A stretch of DNA of 64,000 nucleotides. Origin: Candidatus Babeliales bacterium (lineage in GTDB: Bacteria > Babelota > Babeliae > Babelales > JANWKD01). The stretch is taken from the NCBI GenBank assembly GCA_963722255.1, contig CAVRJO010000002.1, forward strand, positions 192,001-256,000, read 5' to 3'. Within the stretch, counting starts at the first letter, position 1, and every line of letters begins with the position of its first letter. A model generated the notes under the pieces. It was given only the letters and a program-made list of their open reading frames with translations. It was not told the origin of the DNA and ran no database searches. Shown here piece by piece: positions 9,493 to 19,940 of the stretch. The position numbers and the translations under genes are program-made.

Positions 9493-9527
9493 ATACTGAT
9501 AATATCGTATTTATGTAGTCTATACTA

Positions 9528-9806
9528 CTAAACTGACCTTACAACTTCTTTTAAATTTTTACCTGGCTTAAAGCGAGGTACATTAATTGCAGGAAGATTA
9601 ATTCTTTCCTTGGTTGCAGGGTTAATTCCCTTACGTGCAGGTCTTCTTGAAACCCACCATGTACCAAAACCGGCCCATTGCAACTTATCACCTTTTTTTA
9701 AAGTACGTTGCACAATTCTAGCTAAACTATCTAACACTCTAGAAACATCTTTTTTGCTAAAAGTTGTTTCTTCACTGAGCGAATTTATCAACTCACTCTT
9801 GTTCAT
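9528..9806 (-). CDS. hup: DNA-binding protein HU
   Basis: MNKSELI...GFGT...ARKGINPAT...VPRFKPGKNLKE. Confidence 0.93.
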   Translation of the reverse strand: MNKSELINSLSEETTFSKKDVSRVLDSLARIVQRTLKKGDKLQWAGFGTWWVSRRPARKGINPATKERINLPAINVPRFKPGKNLKEVVRSV

Positions 9807-10049
9807 AAGAACTCCTAAGAATAATAATGGTTAAAACACTGCTACTTCACTAATTACTGTCCTTTTTTATGGTCTGTGATATTAGTAACATACTGTAATT
9901 TTGATTTAAAAATTTGTCAACTTTAAAAAAACTATTATTATGCTATTCCTGCATTAAATCAGATAAAGTATAGCTATCTATAACAAAAAAAAATGAGTAG
10001 AATGTTTTCTAAAAAAATATCTTTTTTATGTGAATTATAAGGATTTTAT

Positions 10050-10925
10050 ATGTATACCAAAAACAAAGTTCATAGCCAAAATGCAGAAGATATATCTACA
10101 CTATTAATTGACACGCATTGTCATATTAACTGCATGATAAAAAAAAATTTTGATCAACTGCTAACTCTCAATGAATTTCCTCACGCTGCACAGATCGTTG
10201 ACCAAGCAGCTGCGGCCAACGTGAAAAAAATCATTAATGTTGGCACAAGTCTTATTGAAAGTATTAACTGCGTTGAACTGGCAAAATCATTTGATGCCTG
10301 TTATGCCGCTGTAGGCATCCATCCAAATGATTGCACAGAAAAATGGCATCAAGATTTAAAAGAGATTGAATCGCTTTGGTTTGACAAAAGAATACCAAAA
10401 CATAAAAATTTCAAAATTGTTGCAATAGGAGAATGTGGCCTTGATCGCCATTACCCTGATTATAATTTAAAACGACAAAAAGATGCTTTCAAAGCGCATA
10501 TAGAATTAGCATTAGAACATGCACTACCGCTTATTGTGCACACTCGTGATGCCGGCGATGAAACCTTGCGCTCATTAGAAGAGTTTAAAAACCAAGGTAT
10601 TCATGGAGTCATTCATTGTTTTTCAGAAGATCAATCATTTGCAGATACGGCTCTAGAATTTGGCTTTGTTCTTGGTATTGGCGGCACAATTACCTATCCC
10701 AAAAATGGCATCTTACGTGAGGTTTGTAAAAAAGTTGCCTTAGAAAAAATTATTCTTGAAACTGATGCTCCCTTTCTACCAATTCAATCCATGCGCGGCA
10801 AACAAAATCATCCTCAACACATTGTTGATATAGCGCATTATTTGGCTGAATTACGCAATGAACCTTTTGAAAAAATAGCAGAAATTAGTTCTGAAACAGC
10901 TTGTCATATTTTTAAGCTTAAGTAG
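10050..10925 (+). CDS. tatD: TatD family deoxyribonuclease
   Basis: LIDTHCH, VGIHP, AIGECGLD, LIVHTRDA, GVIHCFS, LETDAPFL. Confidence 0.95.
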   Translation: MYTKNKVHSQNAEDISTLLIDTHCHINCMIKKNFDQLLTLNEFPHAAQIVDQAAAANVKKIINVGTSLIESINCVELAKSFDACYAAVGIHPNDCTEKWHQDLKEIESLWFDKRIPKHKNFKIVAIGECGLDRHYPDYNLKRQKDAFKAHIELALEHALPLIVHTRDAGDETLRSLEEFKNQGIHGVIHCFSEDQSFADTALEFGFVLGIGGTITYPKNGILREVCKKVALEKIILETDAPFLPIQSMRGKQNHPQHIVDIAHYLAELRNEPFEKIAEISSETACHIFKLK

Positions 10926-11023
10926 CCTTAAATTAATTTTTTAATCTATTGTTTTTTATCTTTTGTTGTATTAGCATATCCAAAATAATTAATAATATTA
11001 CATCTTGATTTATAGGAGTTCTT

Positions 11024-11443
11024 ATGAAGTTACTACAAATTATACTGGTTTTTGGAATTAGTGGAGCAGTATTTAATGCATTTGGTATGGAGCAATTCTC
11101 AAAAACAGTACCCCAAAACCAGGTTCGATCAGAAAAGTTAAAATACGTTTTCAACTCACGTAAGTTCGATACCGCTCCTGGAGCACGCACAAAAATTTGT
11201 GAGCAAAAACGAGTGGATCCAGAGACCAATCAACATTTGAAATATATAGCAAAAAAAATAAGATATAGTTCAGGAGATATAACTTGGGTAACTGAACTTA
11301 GTATCCCCAATAATCCTAGGATTATGTCTACAGAACCGTTTTGTCCTAAAATTCTTTCAGAAGAAGATTCCAAAAGAATATGGTTAGAATTGAAAAAAGC
11401 ATATAAACTTCAAGAACTCAAAAGCCTCAATAGTCAAAACTAA
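11024..11443 (+). CDS. Small secreted hypothetical protein
   Basis: AGGAG SD; signal peptide ending AFG-ME; C-terminal SKRIWLELKKAY helix. Confidence 0.65.
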   Translation: MKLLQIILVFGISGAVFNAFGMEQFSKTVPQNQVRSEKLKYVFNSRKFDTAPGARTKICEQKRVDPETNQHLKYIAKKIRYSSGDITWVTELSIPNNPRIMSTEPFCPKILSEEDSKRIWLELKKAYKLQELKSLNSQN

Positions 11444-11458
11444 ATAACTTTATTATTG

Positions 11459-11493
11459 TGCAGCAGCGTCTTAAAAACATTGGCGCTGCTGCA
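11459..11493. terminator. Hairpin between convergent genes
   Basis: TGCAGCAGCG...CGCTGCTGCA inverted repeat. Confidence 0.6.
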
Positions 11494-11498
11494 TACTT

Positions 11499-11960
11499 TT
11501 ATCGTATTCTTAGCATTCTCTTTAATCCAACATCAAGATAAACATGCGAAAACGCTCCTACAATAAAAAAAAGCGTATCCCAAAGCATAAGGGATGAAAA
11601 TTGCGGAAAATAAAAGCTTAAAAAAAATGCCGTTGCAAGTGGCGCTCCAAGAATAAACCAAAGCTCATGACACATGCCTCGATGACGTACAATTAAGGGA
11701 AGACATGCTATAAAACTCAGCAAAATGATTGCACTAAAGCATTGTTTAATGAGCAGTATAAAAAGGAGCACAACTAATGCTTTATAAAATATTTTCTGTC
11801 CTTTGCTCTTTGTATCAATGTCTGGAAACAAAGCTCCTAAGAGAGTAAAGCAGAGCCATTCAAGAGCAATAACCAGAGAAACTTTCCGAACAATAATAAT
11901 ATTAATGACAATAAAAAAAGCTACAATTCCACCAACAAGATGGCCTTTATAATTTGGCAT
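11499..11960 (-). CDS. YdjM-like membrane-bound metal-dependent hydrolase
   Basis: YKGHL, LGALFPDID, HRGMCH, SHVYLD motifs with TM segments. Confidence 0.85.
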   Translation of the reverse strand: MPNYKGHLVGGIVAFFIVINIIIVRKVSLVIALEWLCFTLLGALFPDIDTKSKGQKIFYKALVVLLFILLIKQCFSAIILLSFIACLPLIVRHRGMCHELWFILGAPLATAFFLSFYFPQFSSLMLWDTLFFIVGAFSHVYLDVGLKRMLRIR

Positions 11961-12065
11961 ATTATCTTTCTCAATTTTTGATTCTATAATGTATAAATCT
12001 TTTTAGTGTATAATAAAAAAGCTACATTCAACAATATGGCAATAAAACGGTAACAAGGAGAACAT

Positions 12066-12380
12066 ATGAAGCGACAGTATTGTATCCATTCTTTACTAAC
12101 TATTTTATATTGCACCATTTCACTAAGCGCAATGCAAGAAAAAAGCCTTATCACAAGACAAAATATAGACGATCCAAACGACATTATTATCAAACTAGAG
12201 AAAGTAAAAGCACCAGGAAAAATTTTAACAATTATTCACACGACACATAGGACAACACAAGAACAGTCATGGTGTGGCTACCTTACTCTCTTGCTCAGCA
12301 ATCGATATATAGCCTATTATAAGTATGATCCTGATACCGCTCGTCAAAAATGGAATAAACTTAATAATCAAATAGCTTGA
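12066..12380 (+). CDS. Small secreted hypothetical protein
   Basis: AAGGAG SD; signal peptide ending LSA-MQ; C-terminal ARQKWNKLNN helix. Confidence 0.6.
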   Translation: MKRQYCIHSLLTILYCTISLSAMQEKSLITRQNIDDPNDIIIKLEKVKAPGKILTIIHTTHRTTQEQSWCGYLTLLLSNRYIAYYKYDPDTARQKWNKLNNQIA

Positions 12381-13216
12381 TCCTGCTTTTTTTAAAACCA
12401 TTATTCTCGATTATCTGGTGTTAAAAGATTAAATTGTTTAAGCCTTTTATATACCGCAGATCTATGGACACCCAAAAATTCTGCGACTTTTGATTGCGCT
12501 TTAAACTTTTTCATAAGCATTTCTAAAGTCTTAAAATCTTTCAAAGCATTCTTGCCCATTTGCGCTGCCTTTGCGCATTCAGCATCACTGATTGTATACG
12601 ATGTATCAAAATGAATAAACGTTGCAGACAAATTTTTTTGTTCCAATTTATGTTTCAGCATCGATTCTATGCGATTCTTTAATTGTTTCAAACTTAACGC
12701 TCTCTCAGAGAGTAGCTTTAATTTCTCTGAATCAGTAAATTCAAGTAATTCCCTAACCTGTGACGTTGCCAGAGCTTGATCAGTAAAACTTTGTAGCAAT
12801 GCTGAATACTCATTATCTGAAATATCAGATAATGAAGGCATAACTAATTGAGTTTGATTGAGTTCTTCAAAAAGAGCTTTAGAAAACTTTTTTTCCTGCA
12901 CCAAGGAGCTTAAGTTATGCCGTGTTGAACATATAATTCGCACTGAACTAGCAATTTTTTGTTCACTTTTATACACACGATAATAACCATAGCGTATATA
13001 TTCAGCAAGCATATCTTGTAACTCTAAACTCAATAAATGAATGTTTTTTATAAAAAGCGTTCCGGTCGTATGTAATGATTCAAGGAGCGGCTTTTCTTGC
13101 TTTGTGGTAACATCCGCTTCATACATTTTATTAATACCAAATAACTGTTTTGCAAGAACAATCATAGGAGTTGCAGCATCAATTTTTAAAACTTTCAAGG
13201 TATCACGCATGCTTAT

Positions 13217-14391
13217 CTTAACACCTGACAATTTTAAAAGTAAGCCATAAAGGGGGAATTTCCAGCAATGACAGTGCGGCTTTCAGAAGAAAGCGAATAC
13301 CTTTTTTGAAAAAGGAAGTTAAACTGCGCGCAGTTTTTTTTTAGAACGTTTTGCACGCTCAAGATCTGGCTGCATGCCGGTGGAAACAGCCCAATAATAA
13401 GCAACACTTAAAACAAGAATAAGACGTTCTATTCGTTCTGCATGGCGTAACTGAGTAGTAGTGATATCAAAGCCTCTTGATTTAAAGTCTGAGAACATAG
13501 GCTCAATAGACCATCGCATGCCATAATCAAGAACTTTATATTCGGTAGGAACACAATCCATAGCAATGATCCAAGGTTCATCTTTGCCTTCATCTTGTAG
13601 TGCACCAATGTTAGTTGTAACGCCAGAATTATTCAACTGAACATTGCACAACGATGTTTGTTTTAATCTGATAAGCTCGCCAGAACTCAATTCCCCACCA
13701 TGATGAAAAAGAATAAGATTACCTTTCAAGCGAATGCGGTATCGCCATTTGAAACTTTGACATAATTGGATAAGCGCAGGATTCCCATAGAATCTATCCG
13801 CCATTAAAATAATTTTTGCATAGCTTGGTATGTTAGCAAACACCGCCTCAAGCAGTTGTTTTTGAATGGTAAAGCCAATTTCTCCTTGCGTTTTAATTAC
13901 TCGCCATGCAACAGGAATAGCACGTTCTCCAATTCGCAATGAAACCATAAGACATTCAAATTCTTTATTGATTTGACTTTGATCCATTGATAAAACAATG
14001 ATCTGGCCATTTGCATGTATAAGTTCTATTAATTCAGGGATAAAGCCTTCTAGTAACGTATCACAATCAATTTTATCATTGGCAAGCCAACGATTAATAT
14101 AGCGATAACGCTCCTCATCACTTTTGACTTTTCTTGGCAGCACTGTTGCTAATTCTGATGTGTTAACATTGCGACATGTTATTACTGATGCTGCTAAATC
14201 TGCCAAACCTATCCTTTGTGGCTTGCTTAAACGTATATCTCTCTCTGCTAAATCTTCTTCGATAACTTTTGCCAAGTGTATTATTGATCCACCCATCATT
14301 CTCACCTTATTTACTCCTTTGTTTTTCACAAAGTATACACTTTTTGCAAAACAGAGTCTTTGATGAGTGTTAAATTTTGTCAGGTGTTAAG
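13217..14391 (-). mobile_element. IS4-family insertion sequence
   Basis: Terminal IR CTTAACACCTGACAA at both ends; 9-bp target duplication CATGCTTAT (13208-13216, 14392-14400). Confidence 0.93.
13319..14329 (-). CDS. IS4-family DDE transposase
   Basis: LSMDQS, RAIPVAW, LMADRFY, YGMRWSIEPMFSDFKSRGF (YREK motif); C-terminus probably continues in another frame after an A9 run. Confidence 0.9.
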   Translation of the reverse strand: MKNKGVNKVRMMGGSIIHLAKVIEEDLAERDIRLSKPQRIGLADLAASVITCRNVNTSELATVLPRKVKSDEERYRYINRWLANDKIDCDTLLEGFIPELIELIHANGQIIVLSMDQSQINKEFECLMVSLRIGERAIPVAWRVIKTQGEIGFTIQKQLLEAVFANIPSYAKIILMADRFYGNPALIQLCQSFKWRYRIRLKGNLILFHHGGELSSGELIRLKQTSLCNVQLNNSGVTTNIGALQDEGKDEPWIIAMDCVPTEYKVLDYGMRWSIEPMFSDFKSRGFDITTTQLRHAERIERLILVLSVAYYWAVSTGMQPDLERAKRSKKKLRAV

Positions 14392-16819
14392 CATGCTTAT
14401 AGAATGTAAAATATCTACCAAATCCGCTTCATCTTCGTCAGGAGCATCAATTACCAATGCCTTTTTACTCAAGGCACACTGCAATAAATTGATTTTAAAT
14501 TGAATCAAAACTGCTCCGACACTTGGAACAAGCTTATTAATTAAGGTGCCCGCACTTGTTGTTTCTAAATATAAAAGATAATCAATCTCCGTTGGTTTAC
14601 CCAAAGAATCTTGTATTCGTTTTATAGAGTCCATTATTTCAGGATAATAAATCATAAGAAGGACATTATTTTTTTCAAGATATGGAACAGCGCGAATAAC
14701 TATTTTTTCACCACGTTCATCATAGTTATACTTTGTTTTTGCTATCTTATAGTGAAGTACATCTTTGGCTATCTGCTGAAACTCTTTAGTCAAACGATGT
14801 CCTTGCTGCATATTAAGATCAACTTCTTGTAGTATATCTTTAACATCTTGATTTAGGTATACAAACTTCCGATATGATGTATATGAAATAATGCCTATAG
14901 CACGATGCCTCTGTAATCTACTAAATGTTTCAAGCGCTTCTCTACACTGATTTATTTCTTGATGCTTTAAAAAGAGTTCCTCTTGTAATTTCTTCTCTCG
15001 TTCAACAATAATTGAAAGTCTATGATTCTGAAAAATATTAATAACGTTTTCAAGACTAGCTACATATAAAATCATTTCATCGCATTCAATATCGTTAAAC
15101 AGCAGTTCTCCTCGTGCATTGCGTTCGATTATAATGAATGCAATAAGATTATTCTCTTTAAAAATAGGAATAAAAACATCAGCGTTAAGCGCATCTAAAA
15201 ACTCTATTACTGCAGTATTGGATGTTGTTGCATGATAGGTGTTATTAAAGGTAATTTCATCATAAATAATAATGCGTTGGCCTCGAATGAAACTATGCAA
15301 ATCATTATTGTTACTCAGCATTGATTCAACAACAAGCTCTCTTTTTGTTACGGGCCGACTATTTTTTTCATCTCCTGCAGCCCTAATACCGCTCGATTGC
15401 CTAAAGTATAAGCTCACTTGGCTCGATTCAATTGCGAATATATCCTTAAAAGCCATCTGTATAAGTGGCTCAAGTTGTTCAATATGTGTGACGCATTACT
15501 TAAATTTGCTACAGCTTGTATAAATTTTTTGAAAAATGGATATTTATGCGAATCATCGAACATGTTTATTTACATTCAAAAACCGTAACCACATAATTTT
15601 AAAAACACAATAATAGTGGCGAAGGTAAATAGGACCGATAAAATGCTGAAGCAATACATAATGAGTATCCGAAAACACTAAGTGCATAAATCCAAGGAAT
15701 AATTCCATAAAAACAAATGGACACACAACAAATTTCAATAAAGTCATAAGCTGTTGTTTTAATATCTTCGGAAAATCAACTTTATTTATTTTTTTCAAAA
15801 CAAAAAAAACAGTTAAGAGTAGAACACAAACTATAAAACTCGCGGATTTCAAACAAAATTTCAAACCAAGGCCGCTCATTACTCATACTATAAAAAATTG
15901 CCCCACCAATGAAATAACCAATATAACTACCATTAAAAAATAAAAGTAGTTTTTGATACCAAGGTAATGAATAATTCTTTTCAGCCAAACTTTCGATAAA
16001 AATTCCCAATGACTGATATTGCATAAAACACAATGCCCATGCAATGCGAATAATAAAATTATTAATGCAAATACTAAGAGAAGGAAAAAAAAGAATTCTT
16101 ACATAGCTTTGCACCCAGGTAAAATCAGTAAAAAAACTACCTATTAATGCTAACCCTAAAAAAAATAATTTTTGAAAATTATCAGAATTTTTTGTTCCTC
16201 TATATACTAACAAAGCAAAAAGATATGTTTTTGCAATAAAAGCAGTAAAAAATATTATTAAAATTAAATACTTACTAAAATCAACTATCATTGACTAATT
16301 CCTAGAATAAACGTATCTTATATTTCATAAAGAACTTATAAATGTAATAACTGAAAGGTTTAATTATGATTAGTAAAAAAAATCTCACTAATCCAATTTA
16401 TCTCAATACACTACTCGAATAATTTTACTATTAAACATTCTATTTAATAATCCACCTATACACTGATGTTAGGTTGATAATAAGTTTACCATTTCTACAA
16501 AATTCAACCACCGTAATGGTCCAATATTATAAAACATGGTTTTTAAAAAAAATTGAAAAGAAGCTAAGCACTTTGTTAATGTTTAGCTTCTTTTCAATTT
16601 TTACCAATACCAATCTCATTACGGCATTATTTAATCAGGATATGTATAGCGCAAAAAAGACCCTAAGAATATTGATACTATAAACGAGATTGTTGCCTCA
16701 GTAGATAAACTCCAATGGAAATCTCCAAAATAACGTCTAAAATCAAACAAAATAATGACCCAGGCGGAAAGTAAGAACAACCTGATTAATTTGTTGCTTT
16801 ACGCAATACCAATACGTCA

Positions 16820-17263
16820 TTATATTCTTTCGATCCGTTTATTATATCTGTTCATAATTCGGGCCATAAATATTAAATTAACAATCCAATGCACATATAA
16901 AAGAATATAATTTATACCCGACATACGATAATAATCAGCGTACCATACATAAAACCAGATATTACCTATTATCAACACCATCAATGTTCTAAATATTTTT
17001 TTGAAAAGCACAGGATCGGGCGAATCATCTAACCATACTAAGTTATATTGTGGTGCATATAAATCGGGAAATAAAAACATAGTGCAATAAAAAAAAACAC
17101 CGCTAGCGTATATAATCGTACATACAATAATACTTAATGGCATTCCCAATCTTACATAAAGAGGGAAATTATAATGGTACCATGCTTGAACAGTAAAGAA
17201 ATAAAGAAGCGGAAATATTTCATGCTTAAATTCTGACCATCGAGCTTCATAAAAATTAAACAT
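16820..17263 (-). CDS. Small multi-TM hypothetical protein (paralog of 17291-17728)
   Basis: Aromatic-rich 4-helix pattern; shared RW..FK.E.F, P..VRLG.PLS, NL.WLDD.P, WY.D.YRM motifs. Confidence 0.75.
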   Translation of the reverse strand: MFNFYEARWSEFKHEIFPLLYFFTVQAWYHYNFPLYVRLGMPLSIIVCTIIYASGVFFYCTMFLFPDLYAPQYNLVWLDDSPDPVLFKKIFRTLMVLIIGNIWFYVWYADYYRMSGINYILLYVHWIVNLIFMARIMNRYNKRIERI

Positions 17264-17290
17264 CGTGTTTGTACCTTTCTTTAATAATGG

Positions 17291-17728
17291 CTATTTTATC
17301 CTATTATTATAACTGTCTAAAGCATTAGTCATCAGCATAAAAGCAATAACACAGTGAACATAAGAAATAGCATAAAATATATCTGGCATACGGTAAAAAT
17401 CTATATACCAGAAATAAAATAATCCTAGATGAAATACTAATATCATAATTATTTTAAATATTTCTTTTAAAAGCAACGAATTTGGTGCATCATCGAGCCA
17501 TTCTAAATTAATTCGTGGTACATATTTTTCAGGAAACACAAATATCAAAAAACAGAGAAAAATACCTACAATGCTTAAACTTGTACTGACAATAGTGCTT
17601 AAAGGAGCTCCTAACCTTACAAAAATCGGACAATTAAAACTCCACCAAATCTGAAGAAAGGAAAGAAATAGAATCGAAAATAGCTCTTGTTTAAATTGGT
17701 CCCAACGACCTTCAAATATATTCATCAT
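17291..17728 (-). CDS. Small multi-TM hypothetical protein (paralog of 16820-17263)
   Basis: Aligns end to end with the neighbouring ORF by eye. Confidence 0.75.
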   Translation of the reverse strand: MMNIFEGRWDQFKQELFSILFLSFLQIWWSFNCPIFVRLGAPLSTIVSTSLSIVGIFLCFLIFVFPEKYVPRINLEWLDDAPNSLLLKEIFKIIMILVFHLGLFYFWYIDFYRMPDIFYAISYVHCVIAFMLMTNALDSYNNRIK

Positions 17729-17927
17729 GAGCCTTTTTTATATCCTATTCTTTATATCGCAAGTATCCTACCTCCAACAATTTATTAGGCTATTTCTTTA
17801 CTGACAGTAAAGAGGGTACCCATTAATTAAGACATATTTTTAATAATATATACCAAATTAGAAATGAAATAGAAATATAAGAAAATGTTCCTTCTAAATC
17901 ATAATAACTATATATTTCTCAAGTTAA

Positions 17928-18477
17928 TTAAACTGGTCCAGTTATAGTCCCACCAATAACAGCTGTACCAATAGCCACTACATTACTTGCGGATTCTATT
18001 GGGCCGGCAAGAGACATCATTAGTGCCAAAATAGCTGAATATACAAACGATCCCATTGGAAGTGTAACTACGAATATTGTTCCATATGCAACAGTATAAA
18101 CGGCAACTTTCCTACCCAAAAGCCAATAGTTGCTCCCAAAACACCACCGCCAAAGCCGCGGTTTTAGCTGTCAAAGAAAACTCACCATCGCTCATTTGCT
18201 TAACCGATAAATATCCAACTTTTTGAAACTTCTTCAATGTCTTTTTATCGGCCTTACGCAACAATGGATCAACAAAGTAGTTTTTTACATCATACTGCTC
18301 ATCATTCTGCATAACATGAAAGCCACCTTGATCATGAAACACTTCAATGTTACCTAAACTTTGGGAAGCCATCAAGGATGATTGTTTAATTTTAATACAT
18401 GAATCCTGTTCCATTGCACCAACAAAAGAAACCGTTGAAGAAATCAATAATAAGCTTGCCATAATAAATTTTTGCAT
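17928..18477 (-). CDS. Secreted RGxGGG-motif precursor with hydrophobic C-terminal peptide (two apparent 1-nt deletions)
   Basis: Adding one A in each of two A-runs (~18162, ~18109) gives ...FSLTAKNRGFGGGVLGATIGFWVGKVAVYTVAYG...GGTITGPV, colinear with 18602-19174. Confidence 0.7.
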
Positions 18478-18532
18478 AATAATCCTAATTTATAAAAAAA
18501 ATTTTAAAAACAAATAACGTAAACTCTTTTAT

Positions 18533-18565
18533 AAAAAATATTTCTACATCGCCCCTCTCCTTTTT
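18533..18565 (-). promoter_or_regulatory. 33-bp leader element, copy 1
   Basis: AAAAAGGAGAGGGGCGATGTAGAAATATTTTTT, identical to 19235-19267, ~55-60 nt upstream of the start codon. Confidence 0.6.
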
Positions 18566-18601
18566 TACCCTAATAACTGAAATTTATTTAATAACCCATT
18601 G

Positions 18602-19174
18602 TTAACAAGACGGGATAATCGCACCGATAATTCCCATACCTATTGAAGCCACTTCAACGATAACAAGTGTTGCTGCAGCCGCAACTCCCGGCGTATTACT
18701 AATAGCAGTCGCAACAACTTCTGACCCGGTAGCTGCCTGAGTTGCAATCATTACCGCACAACGACCGCCTTCTTCCCCAGTTGCTTGATTTATAGTTGTT
18801 CCAATAAACTTTGTAGCACCATAAAGAATCCCTGCCAAAACCGGGCCGCCGCCCATTCCTCGCACTTTAGATCTAAGGACAAACTCATCATTATCCAGGC
18901 GCTTGATTTCTACATACCCAGCCTTTTGAAATTTTTTGAGTGTTTTTTTGGATGCATTTCTTAATAAAGAATCAACAAAATCGTCTTTTACTTCATAAGG
19001 CGTGCCATTGCGCATAACACAAAATCCATTTTTATTTCTTAAAAGCTTAACATTGCCCAATTGCTCTGAAGCCCTAACTGAAGTCTGTTTAAATTCAAAT
19101 GTTTTTTCCATTGCCACTGCATGAGAAATAATCGAAGATACTAATATTACACTTGCTATAACTAATTTTTGCAT
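18602..19174 (-). CDS. Secreted RGxGGG-motif precursor with hydrophobic C-terminal peptide
   Basis: Signal peptide ending AVA-ME; basic domain (LGNV, FVD.LLR.A.KKTLKKFQK.GY); KVRGMGGG; Gly/Ala/Thr-rich hydrophobic C-terminus. Confidence 0.8.
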   Translation of the reverse strand: MQKLVIASVILVSSIISHAVAMEKTFEFKQTSVRASEQLGNVKLLRNKNGFCVMRNGTPYEVKDDFVDSLLRNASKKTLKKFQKAGYVEIKRLDNDEFVLRSKVRGMGGGPVLAGILYGATKFIGTTINQATGEEGGRCAVMIATQAATGSEVVATAISNTPGVAAAATLVIVEVASIGMGIIGAIIPSC

Positions 19175-19234
19175 TAAAAAATCCTGAATATAAAAAATTT
19201 AAAAACTCAATAATAATCAAACTCCCCTTTTTTA

Positions 19235-19267
19235 AAAAAATATTTCTACATCGCCCCTCTCCTTTTT
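19235..19267 (-). promoter_or_regulatory. 33-bp leader element, copy 2
   Basis: Identical to 18533-18565. Confidence 0.6.
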
Positions 19268-19940
19268 GCCCTTAATACCAACAATTTTTCATTTTTACCA
19301 TGTACATTCATTTCAAAGAAACCTCCAATTTCCCCTTAAACCATTTTTAGCAGTCTTCGACCAGTACCATCACAGATCAGAACCCATTGTGCATGAAAAT
19401 ATGGCTCTTATTGAGAAGTTTCCCAAATTGATTTTTACGTCAACATTAAATTACGTGTGAAATACATGGTTTTTTTGATTTTGAATGAAGACATTTTTAA
19501 AAAATTTTTTTTGTCGCCAAAACTGTGACCGATGCAAAAATTTTAAAGCAACATGTTCTTGACATCGATTTTGTAAAAAGTGTTTTATTAATGGGCTAAA
19601 AGTAATAAGGCAACAAAAATTGTTGTTTGAGCCTACCATTAAAAAAGCAACAAGAAGCGCAATGAGGAGCGTATATGATAATTAATTTAAAAAGGAAACA
19701 AAGACAACTACTATTTTCGATCTAAGTACAAAACATTTTCAAAATAGTTCTTAAGAATAGAACGATGAGGGCTAAAAATTTCTTCCGGCAAGTTCGCTCT
19801 GTTAAAAAATCTTGCAGCCAACTTTAATATTTTTGGTATTCACAAGCGAACTTTCAGCATAAGATCAAAATTTTTTCTAAAATTTTAAGTTAAGAAGGAT
19901 ATAGACAACCTTAATTGCGCGCTTCAAGCACACCTAAAGA

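Larger units (their letters stand above)
12401..16291 (-). pseudogene. Membrane-anchored regulator (multi-TM sensor + GAF-like + degenerate sigma54-activator AAA+ + Fis-type HTH), split by IS4 and frameshifted
   Basis: Fragments 15782-16291, 15553-15879, 14380-15456 and 12401-13231. Removing the IS4 rejoins HSISM-RDTLKV in frame. Motifs QLFG, TLFIKNI, VRIICSTRHNL, KFSKALFEELN and HTH QSKVAEFLGVHRSAVYKRLK. Confidence 0.8.

Noticed and set aside
16460..16820. Possible third membrane gene between the paralog pair and the regulator
   Set aside because: An ATG overlaps the upstream stop and short hydrophobic frames exist, but stops and frame changes prevent a supportable reconstruction.
19500..19580. 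Possible enhancer-like inverted repeats (GTCGC-N7-GTGAC) and a sigma54 promoter upstream of the precursors
   Set aside because: The repeats are short and imperfect, and no correctly spaced GG-N10-GC promoter was found.
19700..19930. Possible gene remnant (..FFNRANLPEEIFSPH.., Nudix C-terminus-like) on the - strand
   Set aside because: Too short and interrupted to call without a search.
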